A DNA stretch of 38,775 nt. Source: an uncultured Desulfobacterales bacterium. GTDB taxonomy: Bacteria; Desulfobacterota; Dissulfuribacteria; Dissulfuribacterales; QOAL01. The DNA is taken from NCBI GenBank assembly GCA_964469365.1, contig CAYXYO010000265.1:1-38775 (forward strand), in the 5' to 3' direction. Made by a program: the position numbers and the translations under genes. The notes below the pieces were generated by a model. That model was not told the origin of the DNA, ran no database searches, and saw only the letters and a list, made by a program, of their open reading frames with translations. Of the stretch, positions 17,794 to 27,020 are shown in pieces; positions within the stretch are counted from its first letter, which is position 1; every line of letters starts with the position of its first letter.

Positions 17794-19391
17794 TCCATGA
17801 ATCCGACTTCCTCATAGCCGGAAGCGGTCTTGGCGGCCTGTTTCTGGCCCTGAAGCTCGCGGGACTTGGCTCTGTCACCCTTATAACCAAGAAACAGGCG
17901 ACCAATACCGCAACTGACCTGGCCCAGGGCGGCATATCGTGCGTATGCACCAACCGGGACAGCTTTGAGCTCCATGAACGTGACACCCAGCAGGCGGGAG
18001 ACGGTCTGTGCCATGAAGATATTGTGGAGCTTGTTGTAAGGCAGGGGCCTGCCAGGATTGCCGAGCTGAATGCCCTGGGCGTCGCCTTTTCAGGATTCAG
18101 CGCGGCCAGGGAGGGGGGCTTTGACCTGGGACGTGAGGGCGGTCACACCAGGAGAAGGGTGGTGCACGCAGGGGATTTTACAGGTCATGTGGTGCATAAA
18201 CACCTGCTGGAAAAGGCCTGGGCGGATAACAACATAACCATACTGGAAAATCACATGGCCGTTGACCTGATTGTCAGCGACGCAGCCGGTGAAAGATACT
18301 GCGCCGGGGTTTATGTCCTTGATACCATGACAGGGGAGATAAAGACCTTCAGGGCGTGCGCCACCATCCTTGCCACAGGAGGCGCTGGCAAGGTCTATCT
18401 CTACACGAGCAACCCTGATGTTGCCACAGGCGACGGCATAGCCCTGGCATACAGGGCAGGGGCCAGGATAGCCAATCCCGAGTTCGTGCAGTTTCATCCC
18501 ACATGCCTTTACCATCCCCAGGCAAAAAATTTCCTTCTTTCAGAGGCCCTTCGCGGTGAAGGCGCCCGCCTGATAGACGCTGACGGCAACACCTTCATGG
18601 AAAAGTATGACCCTGAAAGAAAGGAACTGGCAAGCAGGGATATTGTGGCAAGGGCCATTGACAGCGAGCTCAAAAAGAGCGGCAGGGATTGTGTGTTCCT
18701 TGATATCAGTCACCGTTCACCTGAATTTTTACATGACAGGTTCCCAAACATATTGCGTACCTGCCTCAGGTACAATATTGACATTACAAGGGAACCTGCC
18801 CCCGTGGTTCCCGCGGCCCATTACATGTGCGGTGGAGTGGTTGTAAACAGGTGGGGAGAGACCGATATCCCCGGCCTGTTCGCGCTGGGTGAAACGGCAT
18901 GCACAGGGCTCCACGGGGCTAACAGGCTGGCTTCAAACTCTCTCCTTGAGGCCATTGTGTTTGCTGAACAGATATATGTCAGGATAAGGGAGAAGAGAAA
19001 ACAGGCGCCGGCGCCCCTGGCAGGTCTGTTGCAGTCCTGGGATTCCGGCAACGCAACCCGCATGGATGAAGCAGTGCTTATTTCCCACAACTGGGATGTT
19101 ATCAGACGTCTCATGTGGAATTACGTGGGGATTGTGAGGAGCAGCAAAAGGCTTGAGCTTGCCCGGGCAAGGCTGGAACCTGTTATACAGGAGATAGAGC
19201 AGCACTACTGGGATTACATTATCACAAGGGATTTCCTTGAACTGCGGAATATAGCGCTGGTGGCCAGACTGATAATAGAGGCGGCAAGCCTGCGAAAAGA
19301 GAGCAGGGGCGGACATTTTCTGGCAGACTATCCTGAAAAGGATGACTGGAACTGGCGGCGTGACACCATTCTGAGCAGTCTGCCGAAATGA
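17790..19391 (+). CDS. nadB: L-aspartate oxidase
   Basis: FAD-binding DFLIAGSGLGGLFLALKLA; AQGGISCV; FHPTCLYHPQAKNFLLSEALRGEGARL; RESRGGHF. The ATGA start overlaps the thyX stop. Confidence 0.93.
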   Translation: MIHESDFLIAGSGLGGLFLALKLAGLGSVTLITKKQATNTATDLAQGGISCVCTNRDSFELHERDTQQAGDGLCHEDIVELVVRQGPARIAELNALGVAFSGFSAAREGGFDLGREGGHTRRRVVHAGDFTGHVVHKHLLEKAWADNNITILENHMAVDLIVSDAAGERYCAGVYVLDTMTGEIKTFRACATILATGGAGKVYLYTSNPDVATGDGIALAYRAGARIANPEFVQFHPTCLYHPQAKNFLLSEALRGEGARLIDADGNTFMEKYDPERKELASRDIVARAIDSELKKSGRDCVFLDISHRSPEFLHDRFPNILRTCLRYNIDITREPAPVVPAAHYMCGGVVVNRWGETDIPGLFALGETACTGLHGANRLASNSLLEAIVFAEQIYVRIREKRKQAPAPLAGLLQSWDSGNATRMDEAVLISHNWDVIRRLMWNYVGIVRSSKRLELARARLEPVIQEIEQHYWDYIITRDFLELRNIALVARLIIEAASLRKESRGGHFLADYPEKDDWNWRRDTILSSLPK

Positions 19392-19451
19392 TATCGCGGC
19401 GCCTGACATTGTCCTTGCGGCCTGACCTGTTGTGTCAAGGCAGTTTTTCTT

Positions 19452-20159
19452 GTGATGTTGCCCAGATACCGTAAGCAGTTCACAACAGCGGCGTTGCTGT
19501 TTCTGGTTGTCGTTGTCATGTTTCTTTTTTACAGTGATTTTTTCTTCCGGCTGTATGATGAGCTTGTGACCGTTTTCAGAAATCGCAATGAAATCAGGGA
19601 GAGCATACTGGCATGCGGCATGTTCGCCCCCATTGCCTTCATAGCCCTTCAGTGCGCACAGATTATCATATCGCCCATACCCGGAGAGGCCACAGGACTC
19701 CTCGGAGGCTTCCTCTTTGGAAAGTGGGCCGGGCTCCTCTATTCAACGGCAGGCCTTTCCCTTGGCTCGTGGGCCGCGTTTCTTCTGGCAAGAAGGTTCA
19801 GGCAGTTCATAAAACCGTGGCTTCTCCGTTCCGCACTCTATGAACGGCTTGAAAACATCGTGGAGCATCAGGGCGTTTTTGTCTGTTTCATGCTCTTTCT
19901 GATGCCGGGTTTTCCAAAGGATTTTCTTTGCTACCTGCTGGGCCTCAGCCGTATGCACTGGGCGGTCTTTTTCTTTATATCAGCAATAGGCAGGATTCCC
20001 GGCACGGTGATGCTTAGCTGGCAGGGCGCTGACATTTACAGTGGCAACATCGCAGGATTTCTGGTATTGTTGACAATTACCATTGTTGTTGCGCTCCCCG
20101 CGTGGATATTCAGGGAGCGTATATACAGATGGATGGAAGGACACAAACTGCAGGACTGA
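19452..20159 (+). CDS. TVP38/TMEM64 (DedA/SNARE-associated) family membrane protein
   Basis: Polytopic membrane protein with ISPIPGEATGLLGGFLFG and PGFPKDFLCYLLGLS motifs. The start is GTG 19452 or the adjacent ATG 19455. Confidence 0.8.
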   Translation: MMLPRYRKQFTTAALLFLVVVVMFLFYSDFFFRLYDELVTVFRNRNEIRESILACGMFAPIAFIALQCAQIIISPIPGEATGLLGGFLFGKWAGLLYSTAGLSLGSWAAFLLARRFRQFIKPWLLRSALYERLENIVEHQGVFVCFMLFLMPGFPKDFLCYLLGLSRMHWAVFFFISAIGRIPGTVMLSWQGADIYSGNIAGFLVLLTITIVVALPAWIFRERIYRWMEGHKLQD

Positions 20160-20165
20160 GAAGAC

Positions 20166-20669
20166 ATGAAGATATGTGACCGGATACCCGCAATAAAGGC
20201 CTGCTCCTTTACAGACCGCCTTCACGCCTTTGCCGCAACAGGCGGGGGCATGGGATTCTGTCCGCTGGCTCCGGGTACCACAGGTTCCATCGGAGGCCTG
20301 GCAGTGGCGTGGATGATATCCTGTATGCCGTCCCTGTCAGTTGCCCCCATTCTTGGCGTTCTGACCGTGCTGGCTGTGCTCGCGGCGGAAAAGACCGCTA
20401 CCATTGTTAACCAGAAAGATCCAGGGTTTATTGTCATAGATGAGATCGCGGGCATATGTTTTGCCCTGGCGTGGATTCCCTTTTCTCCCTTTAATATACT
20501 TGTTCAGTTTCTGTTGTTCAGGCTCCTGGACATCTTCAAACCGTTTCCAGTGGGCTGGATGGAGAAAAATCTGCCTGGCGGCTGGGGCATTGTCATGGAT
20601 GACGTGGTCGCCGGAATAATAGCCAATCTCATATGGAGGGCGGGAAGTCTTGTCTATCAAACATGGTGA
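20166..20669 (+). CDS. pgpA: Phosphatidylglycerophosphatase A
   Basis: Motifs APGTTGSIGGL, VIDEIAG, FRLLDIFKPFP, GWGIVMDDVVAG. 167 aa. Confidence 0.9.
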   Translation: MKICDRIPAIKACSFTDRLHAFAATGGGMGFCPLAPGTTGSIGGLAVAWMISCMPSLSVAPILGVLTVLAVLAAEKTATIVNQKDPGFIVIDEIAGICFALAWIPFSPFNILVQFLLFRLLDIFKPFPVGWMEKNLPGGWGIVMDDVVAGIIANLIWRAGSLVYQTW

Positions 20670-21921
20670 GATAATAGCAATCGGCGATGAGCTTATTTCC
20701 GGCAGGGTGCTTAACACCACAAGCTGCTTTGCCGCTGACAGGCTTTTCAATGCCGGTTATGCCATAAAACGGATAACCGTTATAGGAGACGATCCTGACG
20801 ATATCAATGAATGCCTGCTCAGGGCAGTTGACCGTTCATCCTTTGTGATCATAAGCGGCGGTCTTGGCCCCACAAGCGATGACATCACAAACGAGGTGGC
20901 TGCCAAGGCCCTTGGCAGAAGGCTTGTCCGTAATGAAGGCATAATGAAACGTCTTGAGGAGTGCCGGGTCTCAGGCAGATGTCCTGCCGATTTCCCCATG
21001 GACAAACTTGCCATGCTGCCAGAGGCCGCTGAAGAGCTTAATCCGTCAGGACACGCCGCTGGCTACTACCTGCGCCATAACGGAGTGATACTCTTTTTCC
21101 TGCCGGGCGTGCCTGAACAGCTCAGGGAACACCTTATCAGAAGGGTCCTGCCCACACTGGAGAAGATAAACGGCAGACAGCCCGGCGGACTCAAGAAGAC
21201 ATTCAGGATATTCGGCAGGAGCGAGATTGAGCTCAATATGCTGATAGCTCCCATTGACAGGAAATACCGCGATATCAAGGTGGGATACTATCCCAATTTT
21301 CCTGAGGTGTTCGTTTCCCTTTCCATGCTGGAAGACAGGGACGGCAAGGCATATTTTGACAGCATGTGCAGGGAAGTCCGCGCCTTGCTTGCTGAAAACA
21401 TAACCGGTGAGGATGATGAGACACTGGAAAAGAACATCGGACGTCTGCTTATCAGGAAAAAGGCCCGCCTGGCCGTGGCCGAGTCATGCACCGGCGGCAT
21501 GATGGGCAGACAGATCACCTCGGTGCCTGGAAGTTCGGCATGGTTCGAGATGGGAGTGGTCACATACGCCAACAACGCGAAGCGGAAACTCCTTGGCGTT
21601 TCTGAGGGAACCCTTGCGGCACATGGGGCGGTAAGCTCTGAAACCGCCGCTGAAATGGCAGAGGGCGTGCGAAAACTGGCAGGCTCTGATTACGCCCTTT
21701 CAATTACAGGCATAGCAGGCCCTGGGGGCGGCAGTGAACAGAAGCCTGTGGGCACTGTATTTATAGGCATGACTACCCCTGAAAAGACAGTTGCCGAACG
21801 TTTTCTGTTCCAGGGAAGGCGGGAACAGATAAGAACAATATCCGTTGCAGCGGCCCTGGACTGGCTGAGGAGGCACCTTTCCTTTGGATCGTATATTCCT
21901 GGCATTAAAACTGCCGCCTGA
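20650..21921 (+). CDS. cinA: CinA-family protein (MoCF-type domain + nicotinamide-nucleotide amidohydrolase PncC domain)
   Basis: N-terminal EIIAIGDELISGRVLNTTS. C-terminal LAVAESCTGGMMG...GAVS...A..MAEG...ALSITGIAGPGGG..KPVGTVFIG. It appears to start at TTG and overlaps the pgpA end by 20 nt, so the start is uncertain. Confidence 0.88.
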   Translation: MSIKHGEIIAIGDELISGRVLNTTSCFAADRLFNAGYAIKRITVIGDDPDDINECLLRAVDRSSFVIISGGLGPTSDDITNEVAAKALGRRLVRNEGIMKRLEECRVSGRCPADFPMDKLAMLPEAAEELNPSGHAAGYYLRHNGVILFFLPGVPEQLREHLIRRVLPTLEKINGRQPGGLKKTFRIFGRSEIELNMLIAPIDRKYRDIKVGYYPNFPEVFVSLSMLEDRDGKAYFDSMCREVRALLAENITGEDDETLEKNIGRLLIRKKARLAVAESCTGGMMGRQITSVPGSSAWFEMGVVTYANNAKRKLLGVSEGTLAAHGAVSSETAAEMAEGVRKLAGSDYALSITGIAGPGGGSEQKPVGTVFIGMTTPEKTVAERFLFQGRREQIRTISVAAALDWLRRHLSFGSYIPGIKTAA

Positions 21922-22486
21922 ACTGCGCGAACTCCTTGCCCTGAAACAGGCAGGGTGGAAAAGGGAGGCAGGCCGGAAGATACGCTGGATTCCGCCGGAC
22001 AACCTTCATGTCACGCTGAAATTCATAGGTGAAACAGGGGAAGGCAGGGTAAGGGATATTATAGGGATATGCGACACCCTGTTTGCGAACCTTTCATCCA
22101 TTGACCTTGTTGTTGACCGTACAGGCATATTTCCTGAACCTCGCAGGCCTCGTATACTCTGGGCCGGTGTGAGCGACAGGGACAAGAGACTCGCCTTGCT
22201 GCGCGACAGTATAGAGACAGGCCTTGCTGACCTTGGCATTCCAGTGGAAAAAAGAAAATTCCACCCCCATGTAACTGTTGCCAGGGTAAGGAGACCGCGG
22301 GACATGGCGGAGGGTTTTAAAAAAACCTTTCTGACCACCCTGTTTTCTGACAACAGGTTTAAGGCAGATGGCATAACCCTTTTCAGGAGCATGCTTCAAC
22401 CATCAGGCCCGCGCTATGAGGCAGTGGCCGAGTGGAAATCCGGTGACACAGGGCGGACACAGGATCAGTGCCATGCCCCTTCCTGA
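21884..22486 (+). CDS. thpR: RNA 2',3'-cyclic phosphodiesterase (2H/LigT family)
   Basis: Two HxT/S motifs: NLHVTLKFIG and FHPHVTVAR. TTG start preceded by SD GAGGAGG, overlapping the cinA 3' end. Confidence 0.85.
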   Translation: MDRIFLALKLPPELRELLALKQAGWKREAGRKIRWIPPDNLHVTLKFIGETGEGRVRDIIGICDTLFANLSSIDLVVDRTGIFPEPRRPRILWAGVSDRDKRLALLRDSIETGLADLGIPVEKRKFHPHVTVARVRRPRDMAEGFKKTFLTTLFSDNRFKADGITLFRSMLQPSGPRYEAVAEWKSGDTGRTQDQCHAPS

Positions 22487-22509
22487 GGCGGAGCTCTGTT
22501 TGCCCCGGG

Positions 22510-22788
22510 CTATCTCCTGAAACGCCTTTTTGAACGTCTGTCCTTCTTCTGGGGCTGTACCTGGTTCACCTTTATTTCACGTCCCTTGAACATGCTGCGG
22601 TTAAGCCCCTTTATGGCCTGGTCCGCCTCGGAATTGTCAGGCATGTCAACAAAGCCAAAGCCCTTGGGACGGCCTGAATAACGGTCCATTATAAGGTTGA
22701 TGCTGGCAATTGTGCCGTAGGCGCTGAAGAGTTTTCTGAGGTCGCCTTCATTTACATTGTATGGAAGTTGGCCGACATATATGTTCAC
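22510..22788 (-). CDS. RRM/RNP-1 type RNA-binding protein
   Basis: MNIYVGQLPYNV (RNP-2) and KGFGFVDM (RNP-1), with an Arg/Lys-rich tail. GTG start with AAGGAG upstream. Confidence 0.9.
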   Translation of the reverse strand: MNIYVGQLPYNVNEGDLRKLFSAYGTIASINLIMDRYSGRPKGFGFVDMPDNSEADQAIKGLNRSMFKGREIKVNQVQPQKKDRRSKRRFRR

Positions 22789-22854
22789 TGTTGTGGTTCT
22801 CCTTGATATCCGGTCTGGTCAGCCCAGTGGACAGGTACTGTAATGCTGCGCATG

Positions 22855-24558
22855 TCATGCGACCCTGTACCTGTCCCTGGTGATATTCTCTGTTTTTCTT
22901 TTGCCTGTCCGTTTTCTTTTCTCCCTGTCCGCGGCAATTGCAATGGAGACAGGTTTGCCATTGAATCTGCAGTTTCTGAAGGCGGCCAGTATGGTTGAGG
23001 CATGTCTGCCGTCAGCCTCAAGTATGGTTGAATTTCGCATGATTTCAATACGATTTAACCTGATACGCTCATTTCCCGCCTTCTGGTTGATCTGTCCCAT
23101 GATGGCCTGGGGCATGACGCCGCTCCGTTTTCCAGCGTCGATATGGAAACGCACAGGCCTTTTTCTGCCGGAGGCCTTCTTTTTCCAGCCGGTTTTCCCG
23201 GATGAAGCCGGTTTGCGGCACAGGGGAGGTTTGGGCTTTGGCTCAAGGGAGTCCTTTCCGTAATACTCCAGGAGGTTTTCAAGCCTCATGGAGACAATTC
23301 GTCTCAGGAGCTCTTCACGGTCAAGGTGCGCGAGCCTGTCTGAAATTTCTTCGGCAAGAATATGTGACAGGGGGTGGCTGCTCCCTGACTCTGCGAGCTC
23401 ATCGGCAAACCTGAGAAGTTGTCTGCGGCAGATATCCGCTCCGTCCGGAATGGCGCGGCGTATGAATTTCTTTTTCATGCCCTTTTCAAATCGCCTGATC
23501 CTGCTACTCTCCCTGCCGCCTGCAAGGACAACGGATACGCCGGCGCGTCCGGCCCGTCCCGTCCTCCCGCTCCTGTGGGTATAGGCGGCAATATCATCCG
23601 GCAGGTTGTAATTGATTACATGCGTCAGGTCATTTACGTCAAGCCCCCTGGCAGCCACGTCAGTGGCGACAAGTATCTGGATCTGCCTTTCCCTGAACTT
23701 TCTCATAACCTGCTCCCTCTGCCCCTGTGACATATCGCCATGGAGGGAGTCGGCGCCGTAACCATCCCTTGCAAGTTTTGAGGCAACGGTGCTGGTCTCA
23801 TGCCTTGTGCGGCAAAAGACAATGGAATAGATTCCGGGACTGTTGTCCACGACCCTTTTGAGAACAGGATAACGATTTTTGGAATTTACAACATAATATT
23901 CATGAGTTACATTTTCAGAGCAGGCATTGGGCCGACCTATGGTCACCTCGGCCGGGTCTTTCATGTACCGTCCGGCGACAGACCTGATTTCCGGCGACAT
24001 GGTTGCGGAGAAAAGCAGTGTGTTTTTCTCTTCAGGGGTTTTGGCAAGGATGGCATTTAGCTCATCCTGAAACCCCATTTTCAGCATCTCGTCAGCTTCA
24101 TCAAAAACCACATTCTGAACGGCTGAAATGTTGACCTTGCGGCGGTTTACAAGGTCATTCAGGCGGCCAGGGGTAGCCACTATGATATGCACCCCCTTTT
24201 TCAATGCCCTGATCTGCCGCTCCATGGAGTCTCCCCCGTAAATTGCCAGGATGTTAACGCCGTGTACGCGGCGCGCCATGGACTCCATATCCCGTGTCAC
24301 CTGGATGCAGAGCTCCCTGGTGGGACACAGCACAAGCCCGCCTGGCCGCTGTTCGTGACATGCCGCGAGCTGGACAAGGGGTATGCCGAAGGCAGCGGTC
24401 TTGCCTGTGCCCGTCTGGGCCAGGCCCACAATATCCCTTCTTTTTTCAAGCATCAGGGGGATTATCCTTTCCTGAATGGGAGTGGGCTGTTTAAAGCCGA
24501 GGGAGGCTAATCCGTCAAGGATATCCTGCCTGACGCCAATGGATGCAAATGTTGTCAT
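22855..24558 (-). CDS. DEAD-box ATP-dependent RNA helicase with C-terminal DbpA-type RNA-binding domain
   Basis: Q motif FKQPTPIQ, AQTGTGKTAAF, PTRELC, DEAD, SAT, HRSGRTGRAG. The C-terminal region reads FHIDAGKRSGVMPQAIMGQIN...ILEADGRH. The ORF track starts at 24600, but those first 14 codons translate the hairpin/T-run. I prefer ATG 24558 (MTTFASIG...). No clear SD precedes either start. Confidence 0.9.
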   Translation of the reverse strand: MTTFASIGVRQDILDGLASLGFKQPTPIQERIIPLMLEKRRDIVGLAQTGTGKTAAFGIPLVQLAACHEQRPGGLVLCPTRELCIQVTRDMESMARRVHGVNILAIYGGDSMERQIRALKKGVHIIVATPGRLNDLVNRRKVNISAVQNVVFDEADEMLKMGFQDELNAILAKTPEEKNTLLFSATMSPEIRSVAGRYMKDPAEVTIGRPNACSENVTHEYYVVNSKNRYPVLKRVVDNSPGIYSIVFCRTRHETSTVASKLARDGYGADSLHGDMSQGQREQVMRKFRERQIQILVATDVAARGLDVNDLTHVINYNLPDDIAAYTHRSGRTGRAGRAGVSVVLAGGRESSRIRRFEKGMKKKFIRRAIPDGADICRRQLLRFADELAESGSSHPLSHILAEEISDRLAHLDREELLRRIVSMRLENLLEYYGKDSLEPKPKPPLCRKPASSGKTGWKKKASGRKRPVRFHIDAGKRSGVMPQAIMGQINQKAGNERIRLNRIEIMRNSTILEADGRHASTILAAFRNCRFNGKPVSIAIAADREKRKRTGKRKTENITRDRYRVA

Positions 24559-24579
24559 AAAAATTACCAGTATAAAAAT

Positions 24580-24618
24580 AAAAAAGCCGCCTGTTCCCAT
24601 ACAAGAGGAACAGGCGGC
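24580..24618 (-). terminator. Intrinsic-terminator-like hairpin plus U-tract in the 5' leader of the helicase gene (or the 3' end of an unannotated minus-strand RNA)
   Basis: The minus strand reads GCCGCCTGTTCC-tcttgtatg-GGAACAGGCGGC followed by TTTTTTATTTTTAT. That is a perfect 12-bp GC-rich stem with a 9-nt loop. It ends about 28 nt upstream of ATG 24558. Confidence 0.6.
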
Positions 24619-24906
24619 CTGATGAATCTCTCGTAATAATTTTTTTTACAGGCGTTCCGCGAAACTGCCTTTCCGGGCTTTCTGACCCCGTTACGCCTCG
24701 GGCTGAACCGGACTGCCTGATTTTTTTCTGATTTTTCAGGTCGTCACTGCCTGAATCCAGAACCTTAATCCCCTTGGGAAATAAAGCAAGGTTTTTCTTT
24801 AAGGGTTGGTGATGTCTGTGCCCGCAATCTTTTTTGTGGAACGGTATAAGGCGTTGAAGGTGGCCTGCGTCTGGCAAAGGCAGGGATTTTCCATATCTCC
24901 CGCAGG

Positions 24907-24934
24907 TTGAATATTGAAATTTTGATGGTATGAT
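24907..24934 (+). promoter_or_regulatory. Candidate sigma-70 promoter for the YfgM-like gene
   Basis: TTGAAT-N16-TATGAT, about 65 nt upstream of ATG 25002, which has SD GAGGTG. Confidence 0.45.
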
Positions 24935-25001
24935 GCCCTGGAAAGATGTTGTGAGGCCGCTGCCTTCCACGTCCAATCACTTTATTCCATGAGGTGCCAA
25001 G

Positions 25002-25700
25002 ATGAACGAACAACCTGTTGAAAACATGAATGAACAGCCTGCCACAGAGCAGGAGCCTGTGGATATATGGCAGGAGGTGCTGGAGGGGCTTCCTGAATTG
25101 CTCAGGTCTCCTCTTGAGCAGTATGCGCGACAGATTATCGCCGGATTTGTCATCATAGTCCTTGGAAGTCTGCTCTTTACCGGTTACAACACATACCGGT
25201 TCAGGCAGGAGAGCGCCGCGGCGACCGCCTTTGGCCTTGCCTTGTCGGCAAAGGACCCGGTGGCCCTGGCCCAGGGCATGGAAAAGGTTGTCAAGGAACA
25301 TGCGGGCACCCATGCTGCCAGGCACGCCATGCTTCTCCTTGCTGCCGCGCAGCGTGATGCCGGAGACATGCTTCATGCCTCTGAAAATTTCAAAAAGGCT
25401 GCTGACGCCATTGACAGAGACAGTATCGCTGGTCAGTCTGCCCTGATGGGTTCCGCCTATGTTGCAGAGGCCCGGGGCGACAACGAACACGCCCTTGAAG
25501 GTTATGACGCTGCCATCAGCGCCGGAACCGGCTTTGAAAAGATAGCCCTGGCTGACAAGGCAAGGGTGCTTGCAGCCATGGATAGAAAAAGTGATGCCCT
25601 GGCATGTTATGAAAAACTCCTTGACGCGTCACCTGCTGAAAAGGACCTTGATTACATCAGATATCAGATCATGCAGATGTCAGCATCCGGGCCGGAATAG
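25002..25700 (+). CDS. Membrane-anchored TPR-like protein (YfgM-like), function uncertain
   Basis: Acidic N-terminus, one TM helix (IIAGFVIIVLGSLLFTGY), then Ala-rich helical repeats (AARHAMLLLAAAQRDAGD...ALEGYDAAI...ALACYEKLL). The opposite-strand ORF 24765..25490 looks like a shadow of this gene. Confidence 0.6.
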   Translation: MNEQPVENMNEQPATEQEPVDIWQEVLEGLPELLRSPLEQYARQIIAGFVIIVLGSLLFTGYNTYRFRQESAAATAFGLALSAKDPVALAQGMEKVVKEHAGTHAARHAMLLLAAAQRDAGDMLHASENFKKAADAIDRDSIAGQSALMGSAYVAEARGDNEHALEGYDAAISAGTGFEKIALADKARVLAAMDRKSDALACYEKLLDASPAEKDLDYIRYQIMQMSASGPE

Positions 25701-25767
25701 CCGGTTTCTTCTCCCTTCCGGCCTTTTTGCAGGCAGTGCATGCTCATGCTGAACATCAGGAATCCGG

Positions 25768-26493
25768 GTGGACAAAAAAGATTGGCAGAAAAAAGGGGCC
25801 GGGCACAGGCAGAGGCTCAGGGACAAGTTCATTGAAAAGGGCATAGGGTCGTTTACCGACGCAGAGATACTTGAGCTTCTCCTCAGCCTTGGCACCCCGC
25901 GTCAGGACTGCAAGGAGCGGGCAAGGGCAGCCATAAAAAGATTCGGTTCGCTGGCCGCTGTCCTTGAGACCCCCCTGGAAACGCTTCAGGAGATCAAGGG
26001 CATTGGCCCGAATAACGCTTTTGCCGTCAGATTTGTCCACGAAACCGCCAGGAAATTTCTGAAGGAGCGTCCCAGGGGCAAAAGCTATATCAACGCCGCG
26101 TCAGAAGTGGTGGAATATCTGAGGCACAGCATGACGAGACGGGAAACCGAGGTCTTTGTAGCCATATTTCTCGACAGCCGGAACGGAGTAATAGATATTC
26201 AGGAACTTTTTCAAGGCACCCTCTCTTCAAGCGCGGTCTATCCCAGGGAGGTAATAAAGACAGCCCTTTCCATGAATGCCGCAGCCATGGTTTTTGCCCA
26301 CAACCATCCATCAGGTCATCTTGAACCATCTCCGGCGGACCACGCCATCACCAGACGGCTCTTCCTTGCCGCAAAGCTCATGGAGATGAATGTCCTTGAC
26401 CACATCATCATAGGCAATGGTGAAAAATATTACAGTTTTGCAGAACACGGCATAATGGACGAGATATGCCAGGCAAACGCGTCCCTGTTATGA
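25768..26493 (+). CDS. radC: RadC-family JAB/MPN-domain protein
   Basis: N-terminal GHRQRLRDKF...DAEILELLL, an HhH region, and the JAMM-like motif VFAHNHPSGHLEPSPAD. GTG start. Confidence 0.88.
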   Translation: MDKKDWQKKGAGHRQRLRDKFIEKGIGSFTDAEILELLLSLGTPRQDCKERARAAIKRFGSLAAVLETPLETLQEIKGIGPNNAFAVRFVHETARKFLKERPRGKSYINAASEVVEYLRHSMTRRETEVFVAIFLDSRNGVIDIQELFQGTLSSSAVYPREVIKTALSMNAAAMVFAHNHPSGHLEPSPADHAITRRLFLAAKLMEMNVLDHIIIGNGEKYYSFAEHGIMDEICQANASLL

Positions 26494-26981
26494 CAGACAG
26501 GTTTTACATGGAAATTGCCCTGAAGGAGGCCGCCGGAGGCGAAAGGAGTGGAGAGGTTCCGGTCGGGGCAGTGCTTGTGGACGGCAAAGGCAGGATTGTG
26601 GCCAGGGCTTGTAACTCTCCCATAGCGGCAAGCGATCCCTCTGCCCATGCGGAAATAAACGTTCTCAGAAAGGCAGGTAAACGCATGGGCAACTACCGTC
26701 TTTCAGGCTGCACCCTGTATGTTACCATTGAACCATGTCCCATGTGCGCTGGAGCCATGGTCCACGCGCGGATAAGGCGCGTTGTGTTCGGCGCTCCTGA
26801 CCTGAAGGCGGGCGCCTGCGGAACGGTCATGGATATTGCCGGACACGCCAGGCTGAACCACGGAATCGAGGTGACTGGCGGCATACTTGAGGAGAGATGC
26901 GCTGAACTGCTGCGGGGCTTTTTCAGAAAAAAAAGGGGCAGGTCCGGAAAGGGTTGTGGTGGCGTCACCGGGTGCAACTGA
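26490..26981 (+). CDS. tadA: tRNA adenosine(34) deaminase
   Basis: Deaminase zinc motifs HAEINVLR and PCPMCAGAM. The ORF track starts at 26466. ATG 26490 (MTDRFYMEIALKEA) overlaps the radC stop as ATGA and gives a more typical N-terminus. Confidence 0.9.
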   Translation: MTDRFYMEIALKEAAGGERSGEVPVGAVLVDGKGRIVARACNSPIAASDPSAHAEINVLRKAGKRMGNYRLSGCTLYVTIEPCPMCAGAMVHARIRRVVFGAPDLKAGACGTVMDIAGHARLNHGIEVTGGILEERCAELLRGFFRKKRGRSGKGCGGVTGCN

Positions 26982-27020
26982 TATGCCGGGCGCCGCATCC
27001 TTATGGGGTGTTATTACCTC

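Noticed and set aside
24559-24600. Longer helicase start at ATG 24600 (MGTGGFFIFILVIF...)
   Set aside because: The extra 14 codons are simply the translation of the hairpin stem and T-run. The conserved helicase N-terminus begins at MTTFASIG.
24515-25490. Minus-strand ORFs of 153 aa (24515..24976) and 241 aa (24765..25490)
   Set aside because: One spans the non-coding helicase leader, including the hairpin. The other is antisense to the YfgM-like gene. Both sequences look random, with no SD. The plus-strand gene has a coherent TM + helical-repeat architecture and a promoter and SD.
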